A stretch of 41,152 nucleotides of DNA from a virus (Duplodnaviria > Caudoviricetes): the IMG/VR virus record IMGVR_UViG_3300037424_000125, positions 1 through 41,152 of that record; one strand, 5' to 3'. The notes under the pieces are model-generated. The model was not told the origin of the DNA and ran no database searches. It was given only the letters and a program-made list of their open reading frames with translations. Below are positions 1-8,731 of this stretch, in pieces; position 1 is the first letter of the stretch, and the number at the start of each line of letters is the position of its first letter. A program made the translations under genes and the position numbers.

Positions 1-1
1 G

Positions 2-13
2 GGTGCGCGGAGC
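2..13. other. Probable cohesive end (cos) / left genome terminus, GGTGCGCGGAGC
   Basis: Sits at the window start. Differs by one base from the 12-nt 5' overhang I recall for phage Chi (GGTGCGCAGAGC). The genome encodes a lambda gpA-type terminase. GTGCGC (3-8) and GCGCAC (21-26) form an inverted repeat. Confidence 0.75.
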
Positions 14-95
14 CCCGGTAGCGCACAATTTTCGTGAACGTATAGGGAACATCATTCACGCTTTGTTCCAGCGTGGTTGCTAACGGACGCCTCGG

Positions 96-547
96 TTGAC
101 AGACACAGATTTTTCTCATGACAGGCTCTCAAGGATTTCCCCCTGTCACGACCCATGTCACGACAGAGCAACGCATTGAAGTAAATAGCTTTTCTACCAT
201 AAGTGACTAGTGTGACAGGGGTGACAGGGCAATAAGTTGTCGAGAAAGGAAAAGCTGACCGTCAGCATACTACGGGTTGACTGTACGACCCTGACGACCT
301 ATATTTGGCGCAGCACCAGCTAAGTTGAGAGAAAGTCCTTACCATGTCACACCAAACCGTCAGTTGCCCGCATTGCGGGGGTTTATTGGCCGTGACAGGG
401 TTCCAAGGGGGGTTGTCACGCAAGGGGGCTATTTCGATCCTTCGAGCGATTGCGGAGTGGGTTGACACACCTACACCCCTGAGCGAGTACCTGTACGGCA
501 TCGGTTATGAGGGGGATTACGGCCGGTTCGAACCGCTTGACAGGCTC
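96..547. repeat. Cluster of (G/T/A)TGACA(GGG) repeats in both orientations; candidate origin iterons or cosB-like terminase sites
   Basis: GTGACAGGG at 212-220, 221-229 and 392-400, inverted at 141-149. TGTCAC cores near 156, 345 and 414. TGACAGGCTC near 119 and 538. TTGACA at 96 and 462. The region is AT-richer than the rest of the window. Confidence 0.75.
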
Positions 548-769
548 GTGTTGAGGACCGGTTTTCGGTCTACCGACGCGATCAAAGCGCTCGGCCTCGG
601 GGTCTCCCCAGAGAGGTTGCACTATTTCATCCGTCATCTCGACGGTTGGGCCGGGAAGACCACCGCGAGGATGATTTTCGGCGTACAGGGACGCTGGTGG
701 GTGAAGGACGGATATGAGCCCGGTTTCGTCGACTATGACCCCGACAGTGACGGGATGGAACTCATCTGA
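344..769 (+). CDS. CxxC-containing protein; stand-alone paralog of the primase-helicase C-terminal domain
   Basis: 141 aa with N-terminal CPHC. Colinear similarity to the C-terminus of 950..3712 (AIxEWVDxP, RxxFRxxDA, ALG, IxHLxxW, FGVQGRW). Confidence 0.75.
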   Translation: MSHQTVSCPHCGGLLAVTGFQGGLSRKGAISILRAIAEWVDTPTPLSEYLYGIGYEGDYGRFEPLDRLVLRTGFRSTDAIKALGLGVSPERLHYFIRHLDGWAGKTTARMIFGVQGRWWVKDGYEPGFVDYDPDSDGMELI

Positions 770-963
770 GCGCGGCGAGCGCTACCCGGAGGGCTTCAAC
801 CAGCATCTGGTGGTAGGCGCGGGCGCTCGGCGGCATGTCGGGCGGCCGGGTGGTAATTCTCGTTGGGCACCGCGCCGACGCTCCCGAAGCTCGACCGGCG
901 GATCGCGGCCTCATGGACCTCGATCATGTGGGTGAGATGCCTGATGGCTTCAGATGAGGTCAT
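762..963 (-). pseudogene. Small gene with an apparent 1-nt frameshift near 848-850 (pseudogene or sequencing error)
   Basis: ATG at 963 overlaps the primase 3' end and reads MTSSEAIRHLTHMIEVHEAAIRR...NENYH, stopping at 796. The +1 frame has high GC3 and continues RPPDMPPSARAYHQMLVEALRVALAALR to a stop at 762. Confidence 0.5.
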
Positions 964-3712
964 CTTCGATGATCTCGTAACCCCGGATCAGGTCTTCGTC
1001 CCTCGCGCCGATCCGGAGTTTCCACCGGCCCTGAACGCCGAAGCGCCGGACTGCGTTCTTATTGCCCGTCACGGTGCGCTCGTTGTCCCACTCGGTCAGG
1101 TGGGAGATGGCCCGGTCAAGGTTCTGGGTCATCTGGTCGTTCTTGATGATGTCGTCGATCCCGAGGGCCATCCGGGCAGCGTCCTTCACCCGGAAGGCGC
1201 AACGGTGGACCATGATGGTGTCGGGGTCAAAGGACCGGTCTGGATCGGGCATGCGCTCGTCCGCGCCGTACTCGTTCCACATTTGTTGCAGGCTGACCGG
1301 GGCGTCGACCCACTCTTGGATGGCGTCGGCCCAGTCCTCGAACAACAAGCGCGTCCGCGCGTCGGTCTGAAGCATGTCGGCCAGAGCCTTGGCGTCTTCA
1401 GACCGGAGGTAGAGCGGCAGGGTGCCCCTCGGCTGGTCCTCGCGCATGGCCCGGTAGATCGTGACGGCTTCGGCCCAAATCTGCGGGCGCTCGGCGGCGA
1501 GCCGGTCGGTGTCGATGTAGCCGACGGTCACGATCAGCGGCCACCAGCGGCGGTTGCCGGTCGGGTCTTTCAGGTATTTCTTGTCGTTCGTCGAGCCCCA
1601 GAACGTCGCCTGTCGCGGGAAGTGCGAGACGCGGCGGTCATAGGCCATGCGGACGCGATCTTCCTTGGCGGAGAGGAACTGCTTGGCGTCGTTGTGGTCG
1701 GATTTGTAGAAGGACGCCAGTTCCGGGAACTCAAGACCCCAGATTCCACCGATGGTCTCGGCGATCTTCTGGGTGTCGCGCAGGTTGCATGTGAGTTCCC
1801 CGAAATACTCGGTCCCGTAGAGGGTTTCGATGAAGCTCGACTTCCGGATGCCTTGAGGCCCTTGGAGGACCGGGGCGAAGTCGAATTTGTGGCCCGGTTC
1901 GAAAATGCGGGCGACGCTGGCGACCAGAACGGCCTTGGCGGTCTCGCGGGCGTAGGGAGTGTCCTCCAAGCCTAGATAGTCCACGAACAGCGTTTCTACG
2001 CGCTGGTGGCCATCCCACGTGATCTCGTCGGCCGCCCAACTCAGGTAGTCCTTGATCGGGTGGAAGAGATTGCGCATGGCGGTCAGGTGGACCGCGACGG
2101 CCAGATCGCGCTCGGCGAGCTTGTCCATGCCGTAGCCGCGTTTGCCGGTGCCGTTGGGCGCGGCGAGGATCGAGCGGACGGTGTAGTCGTGGAAGTCCTG
2201 CCAGATGTCCCCACGTACCTTGTCGCGGCAGTGCGCGGCCGGGACGGTCTCCATGCGGGACAGGATGTCGCGCCGGATTACCACGCGCTTGAGAAAGTCA
2301 TCGTAGGCGATGGCGTCGAAAAGGCGCGGGTCGTTGTGGATGATGATCTGGGCGTTCGGTAGGTTCTGGATGATGTTTCCGGACTTGTCCAATTCAAGCT
2401 CTCCGGGGAACCACCCTTCAGGGGGCTTGCGCTTTTTCCGGCGCTGGTAGGGCGGTTCGGATGGACCCGACGACGCGGCTGAAGCCGCCCCCGAGTCGGA
2501 TTTTCGCGTCGGCCTACCAACAAGATCGTCGATGTCGGCTTGGATGTCGTTCGGGTCACCCACGAGGTCTTCGTCGTCGTCATCGTATTCGATGTCGTCG
2601 TCGTCCATCACGTCGTCGAACATCGCGGCCATGTCGTACTTCGACTGCGCCTGTTGCTTCTTGTAGGTCGGATCGTCCGAGATGAACTCGACCATGGCCT
2701 TGTAGGACGGCCACTGATTGATCGGGGTGTCGGGTTCGGTGTCTTTGTCGAGATCGTGGAACTTGTGGATGCGGACGAGATCGAAGGCGTTGACCAGCAT
2801 GTCCGCGCAGGGGTCGGAGCCGTGGTGCGAGTAGAGGAAGAGGCCGCCATCTTCGACTACGGCTCCGCTCGACGTGGTGCCGAGGGTGTAGGTGTAGCGG
2901 GGCTTCTCGCTGTTATCGTCGACGCTCTCGTACGGAAGCTCGAAGCGCTCGATAGCCTCGATCACGTCGTAGGCTCGGCAGAAGTCTCCGACCGGCCCCT
3001 TCTTCGACGTTGGGTCTTCGGCCTTGTCGGCGTGTTCGCGGATTTCCTCGTCTTCGACGTGCGGCAGGTTCGAGATGATCCGCCAGTCGCCGATCTCACG
3101 CTCAAAGCGCTCAAAGATCGCGTCCGGGCCGAACCTAGAGCCTTCGTTCGCGTGGAAGAACCAGTCGCCGTCGGCGCTCGCCGTTGGCTTGAACATCATC
3201 TGCGCCTTGCGGAACGACACCTTGTCGATCATGCGCATGTCCGGGTCGAACATCTTGGCGATGATGCGGGAGAGCGGACCGTACTCGTCGTTCGTTACGG
3301 GTCGTTCGAGCAGACCGAAGACGCGGAGCCGGGGCTTCTCTTCGGTGTGCCGGCGGGTGCTATGGACGAAGTATTCGAAGCTGGGGCAGATCAGGCCCAT
3401 CTCGATCAGATCGCAGAACTCGGGGGTCGCGTAGTCGAAATCGAGCGTGACCAGATCGGACGGTAAGCCTGAGTGCGCGTTGCGAACGCCATCTTCGACG
3501 TGGGTCCGGTAGACCCAGCCGTCGATGGACTTGAGCCGGACCTGTTCGTCCGTGCTCATCTTCAGATATTGCTTGAAGCGCTCTTTGGTCCGGGTGGGTT
3601 CGAGGAAGAGTTTGCGGAAGGCCCCCCATCCAATTGTCCGGTTCTTGGCCTTGGCGAGATTTCGCCCCCGGCCTTCGGAGTAGTGGATGATGAACTTGTC
3701 GTTGGCCCCCAT
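950..3712 (-). CDS. DNA primase-helicase: N-terminal AEP primase/polymerase domain plus VirE/VapE-like P-loop helicase
   Basis: 920 aa. AEP motifs LDFD and HSTRRH...PRLR. Walker A variant GPQGIRKS, Walker B LEFPEL, GSTN...YLKDPTGNRRW. Syntenic with Chi-like primases. Confidence 0.92.
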   Translation of the reverse strand: MGANDKFIIHYSEGRGRNLAKAKNRTIGWGAFRKLFLEPTRTKERFKQYLKMSTDEQVRLKSIDGWVYRTHVEDGVRNAHSGLPSDLVTLDFDYATPEFCDLIEMGLICPSFEYFVHSTRRHTEEKPRLRVFGLLERPVTNDEYGPLSRIIAKMFDPDMRMIDKVSFRKAQMMFKPTASADGDWFFHANEGSRFGPDAIFERFEREIGDWRIISNLPHVEDEEIREHADKAEDPTSKKGPVGDFCRAYDVIEAIERFELPYESVDDNSEKPRYTYTLGTTSSGAVVEDGGLFLYSHHGSDPCADMLVNAFDLVRIHKFHDLDKDTEPDTPINQWPSYKAMVEFISDDPTYKKQQAQSKYDMAAMFDDVMDDDDIEYDDDDEDLVGDPNDIQADIDDLVGRPTRKSDSGAASAASSGPSEPPYQRRKKRKPPEGWFPGELELDKSGNIIQNLPNAQIIIHNDPRLFDAIAYDDFLKRVVIRRDILSRMETVPAAHCRDKVRGDIWQDFHDYTVRSILAAPNGTGKRGYGMDKLAERDLAVAVHLTAMRNLFHPIKDYLSWAADEITWDGHQRVETLFVDYLGLEDTPYARETAKAVLVASVARIFEPGHKFDFAPVLQGPQGIRKSSFIETLYGTEYFGELTCNLRDTQKIAETIGGIWGLEFPELASFYKSDHNDAKQFLSAKEDRVRMAYDRRVSHFPRQATFWGSTNDKKYLKDPTGNRRWWPLIVTVGYIDTDRLAAERPQIWAEAVTIYRAMREDQPRGTLPLYLRSEDAKALADMLQTDARTRLLFEDWADAIQEWVDAPVSLQQMWNEYGADERMPDPDRSFDPDTIMVHRCAFRVKDAARMALGIDDIIKNDQMTQNLDRAISHLTEWDNERTVTGNKNAVRRFGVQGRWKLRIGARDEDLIRGYEIIEDDLI

Positions 3713-3829
3713 AAGTCCCTCGGTCCCGGCGGATTGAACCTGCGTGCCGAGTCAGCACTTTCGGGCTCAAGAATCATGATGTTGTCAGGAACGAGGACGG
3801 TAGCCCCCAGTCCCCGAGGATGACAAGCG

Positions 3830-4081
3830 TTAGGGCTTGTAGATGAAACGCGAAAAATCGGCCAAGCTGACCCGGCCCTCAGAGATGTCGACGACATCCA
3901 CGGCACGATGCGGGGGGATTTTCTCGTTCATGATCCACTTCTGGATCGACCACCGGGAGACGCCCAGCAGCTTCGACAGGTGCAGGATTGACTTGTAGCC
4001 GTGCGCATTCACGGGAACAGCCGTCAAGAGAAGCCGCTGCAATTCGCTCGGAGCGTCTTCTGGGTTGGCAAAAACGGGCAT
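3830..4081 (-). CDS. Cro-like HTH transcriptional regulator
   Basis: HTH LSKLLGVSRWSIQKW...KIPP. ATG at 4081 has GGAG upstream (ORF track starts at GTG 4096). Divergent from the replication operon. Confidence 0.8.
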   Translation of the reverse strand: MPVFANPEDAPSELQRLLLTAVPVNAHGYKSILHLSKLLGVSRWSIQKWIMNEKIPPHRAVDVVDISEGRVSLADFSRFIYKP

Positions 4082-4109
4082 ATCTTCGATCTCCACGATC
4101 TGTGATTTT

Positions 4110-4160
4110 GATATACATGCGCAACGTCATGTTGACAACCCCATCAGTTTGCGGCATCAA
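4110..4160. promoter_or_regulatory. Overlapping divergent sigma70-like promoters sharing the GTTGACAAC palindrome
   Basis: Minus strand: TTGTCA (4138-4133), N17, TATATC (4115-4110). Plus strand: TTGACA (4132-4137), N17, weak CATCAA (4155-4160). Confidence 0.55.
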
Positions 4161-4218
4161 GACGGAAGTTTCCGGGACAGCCGGAGACCGAACGCAATCC
4201 GCATGAGGAACCCACACT

Positions 4219-4623
4219 ATGTCTGACGGAGCAATGGAACGGCTGACTGCCGCTCTTGAGGCCAACACGGCCGCCATCGAGAAGATGATCGAGATGTCGG
4301 GCGGCAAGACCACGGCCTCGAAACCCGCAGGTGGCAAGGCTACCGGCGGCAAGCCCACCGGCAAGCCCACCGGCAAGAAGAAGACGGTCGACGACATCGC
4401 CGAAGCCTTCGGTGCGTATCTTGGCGTGAAGGACGCGGACGAGCGCAAGGAACGGAAGGCGAACGTCAAGGCCATCATCGATCATTATGGCGTCGCTAAG
4501 GCGACGGAGATCGACGAGAGCGACTTCGATGAAGCCCTCAGCTTCCTTCAGTCCTACGTCAACGGCGAAGAGCCCGATTTCGGCGAAGGCGGCGGCGGGG
4601 ACGACGACGACGCCCTCGTCTGA
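4219..4623 (+). CDS. Conserved hypothetical protein preceding the DUF2800/DUF2815/PolA module
   Basis: 134 aa with GAGGA RBS. Lys/Pro/Gly linker, helical C-domain (IIDHYGVAKATEI) and acidic tail DDDDALV. Confidence 0.8.
   Translation: MSDGAMERLTAALEANTAAIEKMIEMSGGKTTASKPAGGKATGGKPTGKPTGKKKTVDDIAEAFGAYLGVKDADERKERKANVKAIIDHYGVAKATEIDESDFDEALSFLQSYVNGEEPDFGEGGGGDDDDALV
4348..4377 (+). repeat. In-frame 12-bp tandem repeat (GGCAAGCCCACC x2.5) encoding GKPT repeats
   Basis: ggcaagcccacc ggcaagcccacc ggcaag read directly. Confidence 0.85.
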
Positions 4624-4647
4624 TATCAGTCCACGCTTCTGACAGGC

Positions 4648-4679
4648 GGAGCCGCCGGAGCCTCGGTTCCGGCGGCTTC
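4648..4679 (+). terminator. Strong GC hairpin (attenuator or processing site; no U-tract)
   Basis: GGAGCCGCCGGAGC-ctcg-GTTCCGGCGGCTTC in the intergenic gap. Confidence 0.5.
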
Positions 4680-4700
4680 CCCAACGAAAGTTGAGCATAT

Positions 4701-5972
4701 ATGCCCGGTCAACATTCGAGATTGTCGCCGTCGTCCGCCCATCGTTGGCGGAAGTGTTCCGACGCGCCGAATCAGGAAGCCGGGCTTCCGAACGAGAGTA
4801 CCGTCTATGCGGCTGAGGGGACGGTGTTTCACGAGTACGCCGCGCTTTGCTTAGAAATCGGCATCGACCCCTATGTCTTCGTCGGAGCGCCCATGGAGGT
4901 CGAGGATCACGGCGTCTTGCTCTTCGACCGTGAGATGGCCGACAACATGCTCTATGGGCTCGACTACTTGCGGGACTGCGCAGCGGTCCCCGGATCGAAG
5001 CTCTTTGTCGAGACGCGCGTCGATTTGACGCCGTGGCTCGGGCACGATTGGTCACCTGATCTGACGGAACTGGAAGACGAGGACGGTGAGTACGGCACGA
5101 CCGACGCGGGGATCGTGAACGTCTCAGAAAAATGGATGATCGTCTACGACTGGAAATACGGCAAGGGCATCCCCGTGTCGCCCTTCTGGAATGACCAGTT
5201 GATCCTCTATGGTCTTGGGCTCTGGAATACGGTTGCTGAAGTGTTGTTTGCCGGCGTCAACCCGGCCGAGATTGAAGTCACGCTCGTGATCGAGCAACCG
5301 AGAGCGTTGGGCGGCGGCGGCACGTGGACAACCACCATGGCCGTATTGCTGGCCGAGGGGCACCGGATCACTATCGACGCCGAGGCGACTAAGGAAGTCG
5401 ACGCGAAATGTACGCCGGGCGCGAAGCAGTGTCGCATGTGCCGAGCGGCGAAGTTCAACACGTGCAAGGCGCACGCCGAGCATATCGTCGACTTGTTCGA
5501 CCTGAAGCTTAACGAGATCAGTGAGTTTGCCGACATCGGGGGCAAGCCACCACTACTGAAGCCGAGCGCCCTCACGCCCGAGCAGCGATCCTACATCCTT
5601 GAGCACAAGGCCATGTTCACGCGCTGGCTTGAGACGTTGCATTCGGAAGCCTACGAGGACGCAATGCAGGGTCGGCCGACGCCGGGGCTCAAGCTCGTGT
5701 CCGGGCGCAGTCCACCGCGCAAGTGGAAGGACGAGGACAAGACCAAGCCCACGCTCGTTCGCAACTTCGGCGAAGCGGCGTGGACGAAGAAGCTTCTTTC
5801 GCCGACGCAGGTGGAAGAGAAGGTCGGGAAACCGACGTATAACGAACGGTTCAAGCGGCACGTGCTGTACGGCGAGCCGAGACCAGAGCTTGTGCCCATC
5901 ACCGACAAGCGGCCTGCGTTGACGCCTGTCGGAGATCGTTTCGACACCCTTATGAAAGAGCCGAGCAGCTAG
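4701..5972 (+). CDS. DUF2800 family Cas4-like PD-(D/E)XK exonuclease
   Basis: HSRLSPSSAHRW..C, AAEGT..HE, GTTD...DWKYGKG, NDQL..Y, C-terminal PG..QCRMC...C cysteine cluster. Confidence 0.88.
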   Translation: MPGQHSRLSPSSAHRWRKCSDAPNQEAGLPNESTVYAAEGTVFHEYAALCLEIGIDPYVFVGAPMEVEDHGVLLFDREMADNMLYGLDYLRDCAAVPGSKLFVETRVDLTPWLGHDWSPDLTELEDEDGEYGTTDAGIVNVSEKWMIVYDWKYGKGIPVSPFWNDQLILYGLGLWNTVAEVLFAGVNPAEIEVTLVIEQPRALGGGGTWTTTMAVLLAEGHRITIDAEATKEVDAKCTPGAKQCRMCRAAKFNTCKAHAEHIVDLFDLKLNEISEFADIGGKPPLLKPSALTPEQRSYILEHKAMFTRWLETLHSEAYEDAMQGRPTPGLKLVSGRSPPRKWKDEDKTKPTLVRNFGEAAWTKKLLSPTQVEEKVGKPTYNERFKRHVLYGEPRPELVPITDKRPALTPVGDRFDTLMKEPSS

Positions 5973-5982
5973 GAGTAGCACC

Positions 5983-6624
5983 ATGGCAACGAATACCGAT
6001 ACCGTCATCGGCGAAGTGATCCTGAAGGATGTCAGGCTCTCGTTCGCTCACATTTTCGAGCCGAGCAAGCCGCGTACCGATCCGGTGACCAAAGAGGTCA
6101 TCAAGGGGTCGTATCAGGCCCGGTTCCTCATGAAAAAGGGAACCCCGCTCGCCAAGCAGAACATGGACAAGATCAAAAAGGCGGCCCATGACGCTAAGGT
6201 CAAAGAGTTCGGCGAGAATGAGGCCAAATGGCCGAAGCTGAAGCCGGATCGCGTCTGCCTTCGCGATGGCGATCTTGAGGATTGGGACGGGTACGAGGGC
6301 AGCTACTATCTGGCGGCCAACAGCGCCCGGAAGCCCCAGATTATCACTAATCGCAAGGGCAAGGACGGCAAGTGGGTCGAGGCCGAGGCCGGTGGAACCA
6401 ACAGTCCTTACTCGGGCTGCTACGTCAATGCGCTGGTACGTCTCTGGGTGCAGAACAACGAGCACGGCAAGCGTCTGAACGCCAGTCTCGAAGTGGTGCA
6501 GTTCCTTCGCGACGGCGAAGCCTTCGGGGCCGCGCCGGTCGACCCGAACGAGAAGTTCGACGACGATATGGTCGGCGACGAAGGGTCCATCGGCGACGAT
6601 GATGACGATGACGATCTCGTCTGA
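5983..6624 (+). CDS. DUF2815 family single-stranded DNA-binding protein (gp2.5-like)
   Basis: VRLSFAHIFEP, LRDGD, PYSGCYVNA, QFLRDGEAFG and an acidic C-tail. AGGAG RBS. Confidence 0.9.
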   Translation: MATNTDTVIGEVILKDVRLSFAHIFEPSKPRTDPVTKEVIKGSYQARFLMKKGTPLAKQNMDKIKKAAHDAKVKEFGENEAKWPKLKPDRVCLRDGDLEDWDGYEGSYYLAANSARKPQIITNRKGKDGKWVEAEAGGTNSPYSGCYVNALVRLWVQNNEHGKRLNASLEVVQFLRDGEAFGAAPVDPNEKFDDDMVGDEGSIGDDDDDDDLV

Positions 6625-6640
6625 CGCCTAGCGAGGACCG

Positions 6641-8728
6641 ATGTCGCAGGATCGGGTTCATATAGATTGGGAAACCTACAGTGAACTCGACCTGCCATCG
6701 GTCGGGGTCGGGCGCTATGCTCGGCACCCGTCTACCGAAGTCCTCATGGGCGCATGGTCGCTCAACGACGTGAAGCAGCGCCAGTGGTCTCCCGCCGAGG
6801 GCGAGGACATGCCATACGATCTACAGGAAGCGCTCGAAGACCCGCACGTCGTCAAATGGGCGTGGAACGCCCCCTTCGAAATCAACATCGCCCGGCACGT
6901 CCTGAAGCTCCGGACGCCGACCGAGTCTTGGCGCGACACGATGGTCCTTGCGCTCACGTGCTCGCTTCCCGGCAAGCTGGAAAAGGCCGGGCCGGTTGTG
7001 GACCTGCCCGAGAACCAGTTGAAAGACTCGCGCGGCCGCGTGCTCATGCGGAAGTTCTCGTCGCCGTACTCACCTAAGCGGGGCGGCAGGAAACGGCATT
7101 TCCTGTGGTATGAGGCGTACTCGGACTGGATCGACTATCTGGCCTACAACGATCAGGACGAGACGGCCGAACGGGGCATCTGGCACCGGCTGAAGCGCTA
7201 TATGCCGTCCGAAGAGGAATGGGCGCTTTGGCATCTCGATCAAGAGATCAATGAGGACGGCATTCCGATCAACATGGACTTGGTGCGGAACGCCATCGCG
7301 GTCTACGAGACCATGGTCGAAGATCGCCTCAAGGAAATGCAGGAGATCACCGGGCTCGACAACGCCAACTCCGGGACGCAGTTGCTTCCGTGGCTTCAGG
7401 ACCAAGGCTATCCGTTTGACGATCTGAAGAAGGGGCACGTTGAGCGCGCGCTGGAATACTGCGACGATCCTCCGGAGCATTGGGGGGACAACTTCAGGAC
7501 CAGCTACGTCAAGAACAAGCGTTTGAAGCGCGTCTTGGAGCTTCGGAGTGAGGCCAGCAAGACGAGTCCGAAGAAGTTTCATGCGCTGGCGCGAGCGGTC
7601 GGTGACGACGGAATGTTGCGCTACGCTTTCCAGTTCGCCGGGGCGGCTCGGACGTGGCGCTGGGGCGGCCGTCTGTGGCAACCGCAAAATCTCGTGAAGC
7701 CGACCAAGGCGCTTGAGAAGGGCATCGTCACGCACGTCAAGAACCTCGAACGCTGCGACGCGGAGTCGCTTGAACTCATCTACGAGAAGCCGATGGATTT
7801 GGTCGCCGCTGGGGTGCGTCCGGCGGCGCAGGCTCCCGACGGAATGGTGTTTGCTGACGCCGATCTCAACGCCATCGAAAATCGCGTCCTCGGTTGGATG
7901 ACCGGGTGCGACAAAATCCTTCGGGTCTTCCGCATGAACCGCGACCCGTACTTGAGCTTCGCGGTCTACCTGTACGAGACGCCATACGACAAGCTGTTGC
8001 GGGATTACGAGGCGGGCGACGGGCTCAAGCGCAAGATCGCGAAGCCGGGCACGCTGGGCTGCGGCTACATGCTCGGACCGGGCGAGGAACGGACGAACTG
8101 GAAGACCGGCGAGAAGGAAGCTACCGGGTTGCTCGGATACGCGTGGAACATGGGCATTCGAGAGTTCACGGTCGAACAATCGAAGCTGTCGGTCGAGACC
8201 TTCAGGCGTGAGTTCTCCGAGGTCAAGGACTACTGGTACGATATCGAGCGCGCGGCGAAGAAGTGCATCCGAACCGGCAAGCCCGTCGAGTTCGGTCTGT
8301 TGCGGTTCGACCGCAAGGGTCCGTTCATGCGCATGATCCTGCCGTCCGGTCGGGCGCTTCACTACTGCCGGCCGAGGATCGAGGATGTCAAGACGCCGTG
8401 GGGCGCGATCAAGCCGACGATCACCTACGAGGAACTGAACGACCGTAAGCAGTGGGTTCGGAACTCAACCCATCCGGGCAAGTTGACAGAAAACGCGGAC
8501 CAAGCCATCGCTCGGGATATTCTCGCGGTCGCCATGGTTCGAGCCAAGGTACGCGGGTTGAGCACACGCATTCACGTCCACGATCAGTTGGTGGCCTTGG
8601 TCAAGGAGAACCGAGCGGACGAGAAGTTGAAGATACTCCAAGAGTGTCTGGAAGAGCCTATCGACTGGGCTCCCGGCCTGCCGCTGGGGTCGGCGGGTTT
8701 CATTTCCAAAATCTTCATCAAGGATTGA
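6641..8728 (+). CDS. Family A DNA polymerase with 3'-5' exonuclease domain
   Basis: ExoI IDWETYS, ExoII AWNAPFE, motif A ADLNAIENR, motif B RKIAKPGTLGCGY, motif C HVHDQ. Confidence 0.95.
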   Translation: MSQDRVHIDWETYSELDLPSVGVGRYARHPSTEVLMGAWSLNDVKQRQWSPAEGEDMPYDLQEALEDPHVVKWAWNAPFEINIARHVLKLRTPTESWRDTMVLALTCSLPGKLEKAGPVVDLPENQLKDSRGRVLMRKFSSPYSPKRGGRKRHFLWYEAYSDWIDYLAYNDQDETAERGIWHRLKRYMPSEEEWALWHLDQEINEDGIPINMDLVRNAIAVYETMVEDRLKEMQEITGLDNANSGTQLLPWLQDQGYPFDDLKKGHVERALEYCDDPPEHWGDNFRTSYVKNKRLKRVLELRSEASKTSPKKFHALARAVGDDGMLRYAFQFAGAARTWRWGGRLWQPQNLVKPTKALEKGIVTHVKNLERCDAESLELIYEKPMDLVAAGVRPAAQAPDGMVFADADLNAIENRVLGWMTGCDKILRVFRMNRDPYLSFAVYLYETPYDKLLRDYEAGDGLKRKIAKPGTLGCGYMLGPGEERTNWKTGEKEATGLLGYAWNMGIREFTVEQSKLSVETFRREFSEVKDYWYDIERAAKKCIRTGKPVEFGLLRFDRKGPFMRMILPSGRALHYCRPRIEDVKTPWGAIKPTITYEELNDRKQWVRNSTHPGKLTENADQAIARDILAVAMVRAKVRGLSTRIHVHDQLVALVKENRADEKLKILQECLEEPIDWAPGLPLGSAGFISKIFIKD

Positions 8729-8731
8729 GCA

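Noticed and set aside
4701-5972. Cas4-like nuclease as evidence of a CRISPR-Cas system
   Set aside because: No repeat-spacer array or other cas genes; this is the usual DUF2800 phage replication nuclease.
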